From assembly GCA_036785375.1 (NCBI GenBank), contig JAWMAR010004569.1:1-46357 (forward strand): a DNA stretch of 46,357 bases, read 5' to 3'. The position numbers and the translations under genes are program-made. Under the pieces are notes generated by a model. It was not told where the DNA came from. It was given only the letters and a program-made list of their open reading frames with translations, and made no database searches. This document shows, piece after piece, positions 1 through 12,368 of this stretch (within the stretch, counting starts at the first letter, position 1; the number at the start of each line of letters is the position of its first letter). The stretch comes from Leucoraja ocellata (taxonomy: Eukaryota).

Positions 1-450
1 CCACCCAGCTTTCTGTCATCTGCAAATTTGCTAATGTTACTTTGAATCCCTTCATCTAAATCATTAATATATATTGTAAATAGCTGCAGTCCCAGCACCG
101 AGCCTTGCTGTACCCCGCCAGTCACTGCTGGTCCCAGCACCGAGCCTTGCTGTACCCCACCAGTCACTGCCTGCCATTCTTATAGGGATCCGTTAATCAC
201 TTATCTTTGTTTCCTGTCTGCCAACCACTTTTCTATCCATGTCAGCACTCTACCCCCAATACCTTGTGCCCTAATTTTTCCCTCTAAACTCTTATCAAAT
301 GCTTTCTGAAAGTCCAGGTACATTATAGACAATAGACAATAGACAATAGGTGCAGGAGTAGGCCATTCGGCCCTTCGAGCCAGCACCACCATTCAATGTG
401 ATCATGGCTGATCATTCCCAATCTGTACCCAGTTCCTGCCTTCTCCCCAT
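1..450 (-). mobile_element. CR1-family LINE fragments (RT segment plus a 3' end)
   Basis: Translation YLDFQKAFDK...IRAQGIGGRVLTWIEKWLADRKQR; (AATAGAC)n tail; short internal duplication at ~89-170. Confidence 0.8.
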
Positions 451-451
451 A

Positions 452-1045
452 TAATAATAATAATAATAATAACTTTATTTGTTAAGCAACTTAAAAACAA
501 CCAAAGCTGACCAAAGTGCTGTACAGAAAAAAAGAAAACAAGCAAGACATCATAAAACAGGCAGAACAACAGAACATACAACTAACACGAGGCGCATAAA
601 TTACATACGAAAATCCAAACAATAAATTAAAAAACATAAAACACGAGTACGAACCACGCAGCAAAACCAAGCAAATAAAGTAAATAAACAATTCAACACC
701 TTACTGGTCTACAAAGGCCATGGAGAATATATATTGCTTCAGGAGCGACTTAAAAACAGCTAGAGAAGGGGCCTGTTTAACGTGCAGAGGCAATTCATTC
801 CACAATCTCGGAGCCGACACAGCAAAGGCACGGTCCCCTCTGAGCTTCCGCTTAGTCTTTGGCTCAATCAGGAGCAGCTGATCATCTGACCTGAGAGAGC
901 GGGAGGGTGAATAAGGGTGAAGAAGCTCAGATAGGTAGGACGGGGCAAGACGACTTAGGGATTTAAAAGTAAATAAAATAATTTAAAAACGAATCCTATA
1001 CTGAACAGGCAGCCAGTGGAGAGAGGCCAAAAGGTGAAACATGAT
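452..1045 (-). mobile_element. L2-family LINE 3' fragment nested in a CR1 3' end
   Basis: (AAT)n tail at ~452-472; homologous to the L2 at 43457-45040; CR1 sequence resumes after it, with CATAT on both sides. Confidence 0.7.
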
Positions 1046-1740
1046 CATATCCCCTGATACAGCAATTTTAAGAGCCCTATCTAGCTCTCTCTTGAAAGCA
1101 TCCAGAGGACCAGCCTCCACCGCCATCTGAAGCAGAGAATTCCACAGACTCACAACTCTCTGTGAGAAAAGTGTTTCCTCATCTCCGTTCTAAATGGTTT
1201 ACTCCCTATTCTTAAACTGTGGCCCCTGGTTCTAGGCTCCCCCAACATCCGAAACAAGTTTCCTGCCTCCAGCGTGTCCGAACCCTTAACAATCTTATAT
1301 GTTTCAATGAGATACCCTCTCATCCTCCTAAACTCCACAGTGTACAAGCCCAGCCGCTCCATTCTCTCAGCATATGACAGTCCCGCCATCCTGGGAATTA
1401 ACCTGGTGAACCTACGCGGCACTCCCTCCATAGCAAGAATGTCCTTCCTCAAATTTGGGGACCAAAACTGCACACAAAACTCCAGGTGTGGTCTCACTAG
1501 GACTCTGTACAACTGCAGAAGGACCTCTTTGCTCCTATATTCGATTCCTCTTGTTATAAAGGCCAACATGCCATTCGCTTTCTTCACTGCCTGCTGTACC
1601 TGCATGCTTACTTTCATAGACTGATGTACAAGGACCCCCAGATCCCGTTGTACTTCCCCTTTTCCCAACTCGATGCCATTTAGATATTCATCTGCCTTCC
1701 TGTATTTGCTACCAAAGTGGATAATCTCACATTTATCCGT
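1046..1740 (-). mobile_element. CR1-family LINE ORF2 C-terminal fragment
   Basis: DKCEIIHFG...RDLGVLV...LVRPHLEFCVQFWSP...RRMRGYLIETYKI. Confidence 0.9.
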
Positions 1741-2110
1741 GAGAATGTGGTCACAGTCTGAAGCCATTTTAAAATAGAAGAGTATGGAGAAATCACCCGA
1801 GCATTCCAGCAAACTGCTGCTGTAATTTCACCAGAGATGCATTCTCCACGTATTTCCAGTGATAGATTTACCCTCACATGCCACAAACATCACTCAGCAC
1901 CCACCTACTCTAGAGGCAATTTACACCGGCCAATTAACCCTGCCAGCAAACTTTTGTGACATGAGAAGAAGCCATGGAACAAACATACAGTCCAATCACA
2001 GGTACAACGTGCAAAATATCTACAGCAACAGCACCCAAGCTGAGAATCAAACCCAGGTACTGGGAAGATGTGCAGCATCTATACTAACCATTATTCCACC
2101 CCAGAAATAA

Positions 2111-2668
2111 TTACATCCACTGGCTCTCCTTGTCCAATTTCCCAGTTACATCCTCAATAAACACCAGAAGATTAGTCAAGCATGATTTCCCCTTCATAAA
2201 TCCATGCTGACTCGGACCGATCCTGTTACTGCTATCCAAATGTGCCGCTATTTCATCTTTTATGATTGACTCCAGCATCTTCCCCACCACCGATGTCAGG
2301 CTAACTGGTCTATAATTCCCGGTTTTCTCTCTCCCGCCTTTCTTAAAAAGTGGGATAACATTAGCTACCCTCCAAACCACAGGAACTGATCCTGAGTCTA
2401 TAGAACATTGGAAAATTATCACCAATGCATCCACGATTTCTAGAGCCACTTCCTTAAGTACCCTGGGATGCAGACCATCAGGCCCTGGGGATTTATCAGC
2501 CTTCATTCCCATCAGTCTACCCAACACCATTTCCTGCCTAATGCGGATTTCCTTCAGTTCCTCCGTCACCCCAGATCCTCTGGCCACTACTATATCAGGA
2601 AGCTTGTGTGTGTCCTCCTTAGTGAAGACGGATCCAAAGTACCTGTTCAGCTCATCTGCCATTTCCTA
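2111..2668 (-). mobile_element. CR1-family LINE RT fragment
   Basis: KSPGPDGLHPRVLKE...NYRPVSLTS...SQHGFMKGKSCLTNL. Confidence 0.9.
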
Positions 2669-2996
2669 GTTTCCCACAAGTAACCCCAAGAAGTGCATTG
2701 GGAGATGTGCAGACTCTATTCAGACAGCAGTCAGGGTCTGGATCAAACGTGGATAATTGGATCCCGGATCCCTAGTAACAGGGCCGATCATCATATCAAC
2801 ATGGGGGTACAGTGGACTTCAAGCAAGAGGAAGCAAGCTAAAGATATTCTGATCTTTTCACATGAAATAAAATAAAATCATCAGCTAGTTTCACTTCCTG
2901 ACAAGCAGGCGACTGAACTTCCTAAATGTTGCACTTACATTCTAAGAAAAGAAGTGTGTGTTTAGTAACGACGTGTGGAGATGTATGTAGAGATAC

Positions 2997-3140
2997 CGCA
3001 TCAGCAGCCTGGTTAACGCCAAGTTGTTTAGTTCCTCTGGATTTTTCCGCCCTTCTGCATTCACATGGTTCACAAATGTGTCCACCAACTTGATATCTCG
3101 CGGAGTTGGGGGTTTAAAGTTCACACTCTCCACTCTCCAA
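2997..3140 (-). CDS. Candidate 144-nt phase 2-2 coding exon of an unidentified gene (WRVESVNFKPPTPRDIKLVDTFVNHVNAEGRKNPEELNNLALTRLLM)
   Basis: Non-repeat sequence; acceptor tgtgttctag and donor CG|gtatct; open in one frame only; no family recognised. Confidence 0.3.
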
Positions 3141-3329
3141 CTAGAACACACGAGTTGCGGGGGGGGGGGGATTCAACCTGGCGGATACGCCGGCAGGTGG
3201 GACTGGTGTAGATGGGACAGTGTTGGTCGGTGTGGGCAAGTTGGGGCCGAAGGGCCTGATCCCATTCCGTGTGCGTCCATGACTCTGTTAAAAGCAAAAA
3301 GGGGTAACCACGGCAAAGACACAACCAGC

Positions 3330-3475
3330 GGGAATAACTCAGCCGGACAGGCAACATCTCTGGAGAGAAGGAATGGGTGACGTTTCGGGTCGAGACCCTT
3401 CTTCACACTGAGGGTCTGGGGAAAGGGAACGTGAGATGTGCAAAAAAGTTACGATGATAAACGGAAACAGGCAAT
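3330..3475 (-). mobile_element. Penelope-like terminal repeat fragment with degenerate hammerhead motif
   Basis: Minus strand gTGAAGA-AGGGTC-TC-GACCC-GAAAC-GTC; core C3 mutated to G. Confidence 0.6.
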
Positions 3476-3710
3476 AGTCAATAGACAATAGACAACAGGT
3501 ACAGGAGTAGGCCATTCGGCCCCGCGAGACAGCACCGCCATTCAATATGATCATGGCTGATCATCCACAATCAGTACCCCGTTCCTGCCTTCTCCCCATA
3601 TCCCCTGACTCCGCTATCTTTAAGGGTTTTTTTCCCCGTACACATTCTTTAATTCCCCGCGCACCTCGATACACAAACAAGAGAAGTTAAATATAAATAA
3701 TGTGTAACAG

Positions 3711-3895
3711 TCTCTTCCCCTCCCTCCCTCTCCCTCCCTCTCTCTCCCCCTCTCTCCCCCTCTCTCTCATCACCTCTCGCCCCCCTCTCCTCCCACTCCC
3801 TCCTCTCTCCCCTCTAACAACTCTCCCCTTCTCTGCCTCTGCCTCCACCTCTCCCCACCCCCACCCCCACCCCCCTTCCTCCTCTCCCTACCATC
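3711..3895. repeat. CT-rich low-complexity polypyrimidine tract
   Basis: Almost exclusively C/T. Confidence 0.9.
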
Positions 3896-3954
3896 CATGA
3901 ACCCCCTGCAGGGTAACTCATTGCCCAACACTCAGTCTTCTACCGCATTAGATA

Positions 3955-4245
3955 GGCGGCCATGGTGGCGCAGCGGTAGAGTTGCTGCCTTACAGCGCTT
4001 ACAGCGCCAGAGTCGCGGGTTCGATCCCGACCACGGGTGACGTCTCGCGTTCTCCCCGTGACCAGAGTGGGTTTTCCCCGACATATTCTGTTTCCTCCCA
4101 CATTCCCAAACCGTGCAGGTGTGTGTAGTTCAATTGACCTGGTACAAGTGTAAATTGTAGTGTAGAGTTAATGTGCGGCGACCTCTGGTCGGTGCGGATT
4201 CAGTGAAGCGAAGGGTCTGTATTTCCCACTGTATTTGTAAACTAA
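3955..4245 (+). mobile_element. tRNA-derived SINE (HE1-like)
   Basis: A box TGGCGCAGCGGTAG, B box GGGTTCGATCCC, (AAACT)n tail. Confidence 0.85.
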
Positions 4246-4568
4246 ACTAACCTGGTTAGACCCACCAACATCCCACTACACATAAACACACAAACTAACC
4301 TGGTTAGACCCACCAACATCCCACTACACATAAACACACAAACTGACCTGGTTAGACCCACCAACATCCCACTACACATAAACACACAAACTAACCTGGT
4401 TAGACCCACCAACATCCCACTACACATAAACACACAAACTAACCTGATTAGACCCACCAACATCCCACTACACATACACACACAAACTAACCTGGTTAGA
4501 CCCACCAACACCCCACTAACGTAAACACACAAACTAACCTGGTTAGACCCACCAACATAAACACACAA
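4242..4568. repeat. 48-bp minisatellite, ~6.5 copies
   Basis: Unit AAACTAACCTGGTTAGACCCACCAACATCCCACTACACATAAACACAC; 16-aa periodicity in ORF track. Confidence 0.95.
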
Positions 4569-4614
4569 TATTCCCAACGCCCTACCCAGGGCTACTCGAT
4601 ATTCCGGTACTTAC

Positions 4615-4876
4615 CCCCACTCAATTGTCGCGTACTGGCAGCGTTGGATCTAAAGCAGCCCTTGGACTTCTTACAGGGGGCGAAGCGAATCACCGAGCTA
4701 CAAAAACAGAGAGGTCTCGTCAACCTCCAGTCTTATCTGCATCCGGCACAATTCTAGCTTCCGTAAACCATGTCGGGTGACGAGGGCAAATTCTGTGTGG
4801 TCACCATGCCTTGGGTTTCTCCAGCTAAAACTCACCAGGAAGGCTGGCTCCGTCCTGGGGGCGGAGTTGGATTCAT
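4615..4876 (-). other. Two candidate small exons (4876-4836 MNPTPPPGRSQPS; 4697-4615) of an unidentified gene
   Basis: Donors CTG|gtgagt at 4835 and GGG|gtaagt at 4614; acceptor ctctgtttttgtag at 4698; phases compatible. Confidence 0.3.
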
Positions 4877-4939
4877 GGGAGGTGGCCTTGGAGGGCAGGC
4901 AACAGACTTGTTCCACCAAGATGCAGCACAGAACGGCAC

Positions 4940-5175
4940 ATAGAAACATAGAAACGTAGAAAATAGGTGTAGGATTAGGCCATTTGGCCCTTCGAGCCTG
5001 CACCGCCATTCAAGATGATCACGGCTGATCATCCAACTCAGTATCCCATCCCTGCCTTCTCTCCATACCCCCTGATCCCTCCCTTTAAGAATGTTGTAAG
5101 TTTCTATAAGATCCCCCCTCAATCTTCTAAATTCTAGCGAGTACAAGCCAGTCTTTCTTCATATGAAAGTCCTGA
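4940..5175 (-). mobile_element. CR1 3' end fragment, internally deleted
   Basis: YSLEFRRLRGDLIETYNIL; (CATAGAAA)n tail. Confidence 0.8.
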
Positions 5176-5399
5176 GCATGCTTGCTTTGTCATCGTTACT
5201 GTTTGTGCATGTCTTTCATTCATCGTTCCATACCAACATGCAGCATAGAACGTCACTGCAGATCATTCTTCCCAGTGGCGATCAAACTGTACAACTCCTC
5301 TCCCTTCTGTCGTGGCGTGGACTGAGATTACCCCCCCACCCGCCCCCCACCGCACACCTCAAGTTTTGCACATCCCCAATCCTTTCAACTTGTCACTTT

Positions 5400-5552
5400 A
5401 ATTTCATGTTTTGTGTTTTTATGGCAGTCGGCAGATCAATTTCCCTCCTGAATTTCAGGCTGAAGAAGGGTCTCGACACGAAACGTCGACCATTCCTTCT
5501 CTCCACAGATGCTGCCTCGCCCGCGGTGTTACTCCAGCATTTTGTGTCTACT
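5400..5552 (+). mobile_element. Penelope-like terminal repeat with hammerhead core
   Basis: CTGAAGA-AGGGTC-TC-GACAC-GAAAC-GTC at 5460-5487. Confidence 0.6.
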
Positions 5553-5609
5553 TTTCTACTAACTTTTATGTTGCACTTGGAATGAGTTGGAATGCTAATT
5601 TCAATTCAG

Positions 5610-5878
5610 TTCAGGACCAGTTTCTTCCCATCTGTTATCAGGCAATTGAACCATCTCACCAGAACCATAGAGCAGCGCTGAACTACTATCTACCTCATTG
5701 GTGACCCTCGGACTATCATTGATGGGATTTTACTGGCCTTACTTTGCACTAAACGGTATTACCTTATCATGTATACGATGGCTCGATTGTAATCATGTAT
5801 TGTTTTTCTGCCGACTGGATAGCAAGCAACAAAAGCTTTTCACTGTACCTCGGTACACGTGACAATAAACTAAACTGA
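5610..5878 (+). mobile_element. Rex1/Babar-like LINE 3' end
   Basis: SFFPSVIRQLN-type ORF end, then 3' UTR ending ...GTGACAATAAACTAAACT. Confidence 0.5.
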
Positions 5879-6073
5879 TAGCTGAAATCCTGCTGTTTGA
5901 TCCGTGGCCATGTATTTCTTGGGACGGTGTTTGGTAAAGACCGTGAGAGCGATGCGATGAAATTGCAAAACCCCCTAAATGTTTCACAATGCAGGAGATT
6001 TCTACTATTTCAGTGTTTGCACAACACGATTGAGACATGACTCGACGGATGCGTGAGAACCGCTTGAAACCTA

Positions 6074-7384
6074 CAGTGGCTTGCAAAAGTATTCATACCC
6101 CTTGAACTTTTCCACATTTTGTCACGTTACAACCACAAACGTAAATGCATTTTATTGGAATTTTATGTGATAGACCAACACGAAGTGGCGCATAATTGTG
6201 AAGAAGGTTAAAGCAGGGTCAGGTTATAAAAAATATCCCAAGCTTTGAACATCTCACGGAGCACTGTTCAACCCATCATCCGAAAATTGAAAGAGTATGG
6301 CACAACTGCAAACCTACCAAGACATGGCCGTCCACCTAAACTGACAGGCCGGGCAAGGAGAGCATTGATCAGCGAAGCAGCCAAATAGCCAACTCTGGAG
6401 GAGCTGCAGAGATCCACAGCTCAGGTGGGAGAATCTGTCCACAGGACAACTATTAGTCGTGCACTCCACAAATCGGCCCTTTATGGAAGAGTTGCAAGAA
6501 AGCCATTGTTGAAAAAAAGCCATAAGAAGTCCTGTTTTCAGTTTGCCACAAGCCATGTGGGGGACACAGCAAACATGTGGAGGAAGGTGCTCTGGTCAGA
6601 TTAGAACAAAATTGAAGTTTTTGGCCGAAATGCAAAATACTATGTGTGGCGGATAACTAACACTGCACATCACCCTGAACACACCATCCCCACTGTGAAA
6701 CATGGTGGTGGCAGCATCATGCTGTGGGGATGCTTTTCTTAAGCAGGGACAGGGAAGCTTGTCAGAGTTGATGGGAAGATGGATGGAGCCAAATACAGGG
6801 CAATCTTGGAAGAAAACCTGTTAGAGTCTGCAAAAGACTTGAGACTGGGACGGAGGTTCACCTTCCAGCAGGACAACGACCCTAAACATACAGCCAGAGC
6901 TACAATGTAATGGTTTAGATCAAAGCATATTCATGTGTTAGAATGGCCCAGTCAAAGTCCAGACCTAAATCCAATTGAGAATCTCTGGCAAGACTTGAAA
7001 ATTGCTGTTCACAGACGCTCTCCATCCAATCTGACTGAGCTTGAGCTATTTTGCAAAGAAGAATTGGCAAAAGGTTCAGTCTCTAGATGTGCAAAGCTGG
7101 TAGAGACATACCCCAAAAGACTTGCAGCTGTAATTGCAGTGAAAGGTGGTTCTACAAAGTATTGACTCAGGGGGGCTGAATAATTTTGCACGCCACACAT
7201 TTCAGTTTTTTATTTGTAAAATAAATTGAAAACCATGTATCATTTTCCTTCCACTTCACAATTTTGCACCAATTTGTGTTGGTCTATCACATGAAATCCC
7301 AATTAAATACATTTAAATTTGTGGTTGTAACGCGACAAAATTTGGAAAAGTTCATGGGGTTTGTAAAACTTTTGCAAGCCACTG
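6074..7384 (+). mobile_element. Tc1-family DNA transposon, internally deleted, with transposase pseudogene
   Basis: TA-flanked inverted termini CAGTGGCTTGCAAAAGT...ACTTTTGCAAGCCACTG; motifs [38 protein letters not shown]; stops and frameshifts. Confidence 0.95.
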
Positions 7385-7917
7385 TATTATACAAATTTGC
7401 ATGCAGGAAAAAAAACCGGCCTTGTGGAAAAACAGTCGGGGATAACGAAAAACTGTTTCCATGTAACCTCCCTGTAGTAATCAATGATCATCGTTTCGTA
7501 AGAACTCAGGCTGTCGGTTTCTCTGCAGGAAGCCATTGCATTTACAAGCAATATATTGTACAATACTAATCGATTTAACAATGTAACATTAGTATTTTAG
7601 CTTGCAGTATTTTTTCAAGGATTTTTCTCATTTTTGTGAATAATTGTCTGGGGGTTAAGCGTTAATTTCAGAAACACTCGAGACCAACCCCTCGTTTCCA
7701 ATTGACATAATGGCGAGGTTGCTTTAAGAAACAGATGTCAAGTTATAGCAGAACCAACTGTATATATTGTAGAAACAAGGAACTGCAAATGCTGGTTTAC
7801 AAAAATAGACACAAAGTCTGAATAAGTGTTCTCACCCGAAACGTCACCTATTCAGAGATTCAATAATGTTTAGTTTCGTTCAGTTTCGTAGAGTTTAGAT
7901 CAGTTTAGTTCAGTTAG

Positions 7918-9271
7918 TCCAAAAAGTAAGACAGATTCTAAGGAGGCAAACGTGGCTGACAAGAGAAGTTACGGTTAGTATAAAATTAAAAGGAAAAATG
8001 TATAATGCAGCAAATAGCCGGAAGCCAGAGGATTGGGAAACTTTCACAGGACAACAGAAGGAAACAAAACGGGCTATACGGGCTGAACAGATGAAGTAAG
8101 AGGGGGAGATGGCCAGTAATATAAAGAAGGATAGTAAGGGCTCCTTTAGATATGGTAAGGGTAAAAGAGTAGCAAATGTGGGTCCCTTGAAGGCAGACAC
8201 GGGTGAAATTATTATGGGTAACAAGGAAATGGCAGAATAGTTGAACAGATACTTCGAATCTGTCTTCACTAAGGAAGACACAAACAATCTCCCAGATGTA
8301 CTGGAGGACTGAGGATCTACAGGGGTAGAGGAACCGAAATAAATTGTCATTAGGCGAGAAATAGTATTGGGTAGGATAATGGGACTGAAGGATGATAAAT
8401 CCCCGGGCCTGATGGTTCTCAGGGAGGTGGCTCTAGAAATAGTGGACGCATTGGTGATCATTTTCCAATGATCAATTGATTCAGGATCAGTTCCTGTGGA
8501 TTGGAGGATAGCTAATGTTATCACACTTTTCAAGAAAGGAGCGAGAGAGAAAACGTGGAATTATAGACCAGTTAGACTGACTTCGGTGGTGGGAAAGATG
8601 CTGGAGTCAATTATTAAAGAAGTAATAATGGGGTATTAGGATAGCAGTAAAAGGATTAGTCCAAGTCAACATGGAGTTATGAAAGGGAAATCATGTTTGA
8701 CTAATCTTCTGAATTTTTTGAGGATGTGACATGTAAAATGGATGAAGGGGTGCCAGTGGATGTAGTGTATCTAGACTTTCAGAAAGCCTTTGATAAGGTC
8801 CCTCACGGGAGACTGGTGGCTAAAATTAGAGCGCATGGTATTGGGGTAGCGTGTTGGCATGGATAGAAAATTGGTTGGCAGACAGGAAGCAAAGAGGAGG
8901 AGTGAACGTGTCTTTTTCAGATTGGCAGGCAGTGGCGAGTGGAGTGCCACAAGGCTCGATGTTGGGGCCACAAATGTTTACCATATATATATTAATGATT
9001 TGGAAGAGGGAATTAGGAGCAACACTAGCAAGTTCGCGGATGACACAAAGCTGGGTGGCAGCGTGAACTGTGAAGAGGATGTTAGGAGGTTGCAGGGTGA
9101 CCTGGACAGGTTGAGTGAGTGGGCAGATGCGTGGCATATGCAGTATAATATAGATAAATGTGTGGTTATATACTTTGGCGGAAAAACAAGGGGGCAGATT
9201 ATTATCTCAATGGGGTTAGGTTAGGTAAGGGGGAGGTACAGCGAGACCTGGGTGTCCTTGTACACCTGTCA
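7918..9271 (+). mobile_element. Degenerate CR1 ORF2 fragment; contains the inferred left breakpoint of the segmental duplication (~8604)
   Basis: RT motifs GVPQGS, KFADDTKL; from ~8604 it shares private indels with 28392+ and 41888+. Confidence 0.85.
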
Positions 9272-9519
9272 ATTGATTCTCACATGTACCTTGATGCAGT
9301 GAAATGCTTTTTTCTGCAGACATCCGGTAATAACCATGTTCTCCACAGTTGCTGCTGCTCCTTTGGGATGTTGTGATCTTTTACTTGTGTATATTCCTTG
9401 GGTTAATTTCAAACACTATTTCAGATTGTTTGTTAACACATTGCGGAGATTGGAAATGTTTTATCTGAGATCCGGTTGCAGTGAATGCCAAGGAGAGGAG
9501 CTGTAGGATTCTACAAGAA

Positions 9520-10065
9520 CAATATTTGAGGAAGGTTGTGCTGGCTCTGGAGGGCGTCCAGAGGAGATTTACAAGAATGATCCCAGGATTGAGTGAGTTA
9601 ACATATGATGAGCGTTTGACGGCACTGGGCCTGTACCAGCAGGAATTTAGAAGGATGAGAGGATATCTCATTGACATTTACTGAATAGTGAAAGGCTTGG
9701 ATAGAGTAGATGTGGAGAGGATTATTCCACTAACCAGAGAGTCTAGGACTCGAGGTCATAGCCTCAGAATTAAAGGAGGTTCTTTTCGGAAGGAGATGGG
9801 GAAGAATTTATTTAGTCAGAGGGTGGTGAATCTGTGGAATTATTTTCCACAGTAGGTTGTGGATGTCAAATCAGTGGATATTTGTAAGGCGAAGATAGAT
9901 AGATTATTGATTAGTACAGGTGTTAGAGGAATGGGGAGAAGGCAGGGGAATGGGGTTAGGAGGGAGATATAGATCAGCCATGATTGAATGGTGGAGTAGA
10001 CTTGATGGGCCAAATGGCCTAATTCTGCTCCTATCACTTATGACCTTATGACCCTATGACCTTAT
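9520..10065 (+). mobile_element. CR1 3' fragment
   Basis: LEGVQRRFTRMIPG...; (TTATGACC)n tail. Confidence 0.85.
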
Positions 10066-10287
10066 GAGACACATACGTGTATTTACCGGTAGAATGGACA
10101 TCCGTGTAACAGAAGAGACTTATTACAGTTTCGGATACAGCAGGACTTTTAATAACTTTCCAGCGCACATCATTCAGCGATAAATTGTTGTCATTATATA
10201 AAGAACATGAACAAGATCCTATTAACAAAGTGTCATTATTGGTCTATTATTACACCCTGTAACAATCTCTGTCAAATCACACCATTG

Positions 10288-10306
10288 TGGCGCCATCTTG
10301 TGGCCG
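10288..10306 (-). promoter_or_regulatory. CTCF-type motif overlapping a YY1-type motif
   Basis: Minus strand CGGCCACAAGATGGCGCCA; identical at 31160-31178 and 45781-45799. Confidence 0.6.
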
Positions 10307-10429
10307 AGACACCTTGGTGTCGAAGATTCGTTTGTCGAGCTCGAACTGTCGCCTGAACTGGCGTGACCTGACATTAGACAATTCACAGTTCAATATTGGG
10401 TTCTAAGTTACCGAGATGGAGAATGAGGT

Positions 10430-10660
10430 CCAGTTTCTCCAATGGCCTCACTCAGGCAATGGAGGAGACTCAGGGCAGAGGGGTCGGTGTGGGAATGGGA
10501 AGGAGAGTTAAAATGGTTTGAAACCGGGAGATCCATCAGGCAAATGGAACACAAGAGGACTATCCGAAAATAGATACAAAAAGCTGGAGTAACTCCGCGG
10601 GTCAGGCAGCATCTCTGGAGAAAAGGAATGGGTGATGTTTCAGGTGAATACGCTTGTTCA
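10430..10660 (-). mobile_element. Penelope-like element fragment (GIY-YIG C-terminal region and terminal repeat)
   Basis: DLPVSNHFNSPSHSHTDPSALSLLHCLSEA. Confidence 0.6.
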
Positions 10661-10674
10661 CAGGGTATCTCCGC

Positions 10675-11028
10675 TTGCGGAGGTGCAGCAGGATCTGGGA
10701 GTCCTTGTTCATCAGTCAATGAAAGTGGGCATGCAGGTGCAGCAGGCAGTGAAGAAAGCGAATGGCATGTTGGCCTTTATAACAAGATGAGGTGAGTGTG
10801 GGAGCAAAGAGATACTTCTGCATTTGTACAGGGCCCTAGTGAGACCACACCTGGAGTATTATCCGCAGTTTTGGTCCCCTAATTTGAGGAAGTACATTCT
10901 TGCTATTGAGGGAGTGCAGCGTAGGTTTACAAGGTTAATTCCAGGGATTGCAGGACTGTTATATGCTGAGAGAATGGAGCGGCTGGGCCTGTATACTGTA
11001 GACCAAATATTGTCTATTGTCTATTGTC
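10675..11028 (+). mobile_element. CR1 fragment
   Basis: YRALVRPHLEYYPQFWSPNLRK. Confidence 0.85.
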
Positions 11029-11091
11029 TAATGGTCTGCGTTTGAAATGTAACCACTCTGACTTGAATCTGTTGTTGTCAGGAACGAACAA

Positions 11092-11275
11092 ACAAGAAGG
11101 CAATGTGGAGTTTTAATGAGTCTAAGATTTCACAAATTACATTATCCCAAATAGCCCACAACAGTATCAGCACAGCTGACTGAGCTAATGTTTGATTCAG
11201 TAATGCGTTTGCTTTTCATGGTTTGATCTGTTGGATGAGTTGACTCAAATATGTAGGGAGTTCAACACTTATCGT
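11092..11275 (-). other. Predicted terminal (3' UTR) exon of receptor cassette 1
   Basis: Acceptor tctattttattttcacag at 11277-11276; ATTAAA at 11117-11112 followed by a GT-rich tract; conserved in unit 2. Confidence 0.6.
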
Positions 11276-11689
11276 CTGTGAAAATAAAATAGATACATTA
11301 TTATAGCACATGCACAGGCACAAAAACATTAATAGCATTGAACACAATTGACTACATTATTGTTATTAAAGTTCTTGTCAAGTATGTGTCCACATAGCTC
11401 CTAGTCATAGAGTCATAGAGTGATACAGCGTGGAAACAGGGTCTTATGATCCACACTCCCCACACCGGCCAACATGTCTCAGCTACACTAAACCCACCTA
11501 TCCATGTACCATCCAAGTCCTGGATGAGCTCCTTATTTCTGGCCAGGTTCGGTCTAGTTTTCCCTGCCAGGTCGCCTTTGTTATGTTGCAGTAAGTCTAC
11601 GTTGCAAGATTCAAGAGGGTTTGCACTAGTTACAAATTTGTTGTTGGTTTTGTTGATTATATTTTATCTAAGTTTGTTGTACCGACAAC

Positions 11690-11992
11690 CGGACAATGGA
11701 ATTCTTACTGGCAGCAGCGTAACAGGCCATTACGTACAACACACTTAGATAAAATATAATAAACAAAACCAACAATAAATGTGTATCTGGTGCAAACACT
11801 AAAATACAAGATCCTTGGTGCAACACAAGGAAGTCCATTCATGTTCATAGTTGAGCCTAGTCTTCTGTGGGGTTCAAGAGCCTGATAGTTGCAGGGAAAA
11901 AGCTGTTCTTGAACCTTGTGGTCACGGTTTTCAGACTGAGATATCTTCTACTTGATGGTAGGAGTGTAATGAGAGCGTGGCCAAGGGAGTGC
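11690..11992 (-). mobile_element. Degenerate LINE 3' fragment (Rex1-like)
   Basis: KTVTTRFKNSFFPATIRLLN-type ORF end on the minus strand. Confidence 0.5.
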
Positions 11993-12024
11993 GGGATTTC
12001 AATGGAACTGAATGTATTGAAGAT

Positions 12025-12240
12025 TAGTTTAGTTGTTAATTTAAGTTAATTTAAGTTTAGTTTAGTTTCGCTTAGATTAGTTTAATTTTGTTTAGTTTGG
12101 TTTGTTTAAATTTAGTTAAGTTTGTTTTAGTTTAGTTTAATTTAGTTTAGTTTAGTTTAGTTTAGTTTAGTTTAGTTTAGTTTAGTTTAGTTTAGTTTAG
12201 TTTAGTTTAGTTTAGTTTAGTATGGTTAAGTTTTGGTTTG
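12025..12240. repeat. (TTTAG)n microsatellite
   Basis: Direct observation. Confidence 0.95.
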
Positions 12241-12368
12241 TAAGGACAATATTTTCACTGTGGTGGCACCTCGCAGGTGACAATAAAATGCACCATTGTC
12301 CAGTGACCTCAGCTGCTAATACAACCCACACATGGCGCTGGCAATCCTCTTACCGTTTGACCAGCCTG

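Noticed and set aside
3955-4030. tRNA gene
   Set aside because: A and B boxes continue into a SINE body and tail; several dispersed copies are present.
9272-9515. Unique segment as non-coding exon 1 (donor AAG|gtacat)
   Set aside because: The donor is weak and lost in unit 3, and no promoter evidence is visible; not excluded but unsupported.
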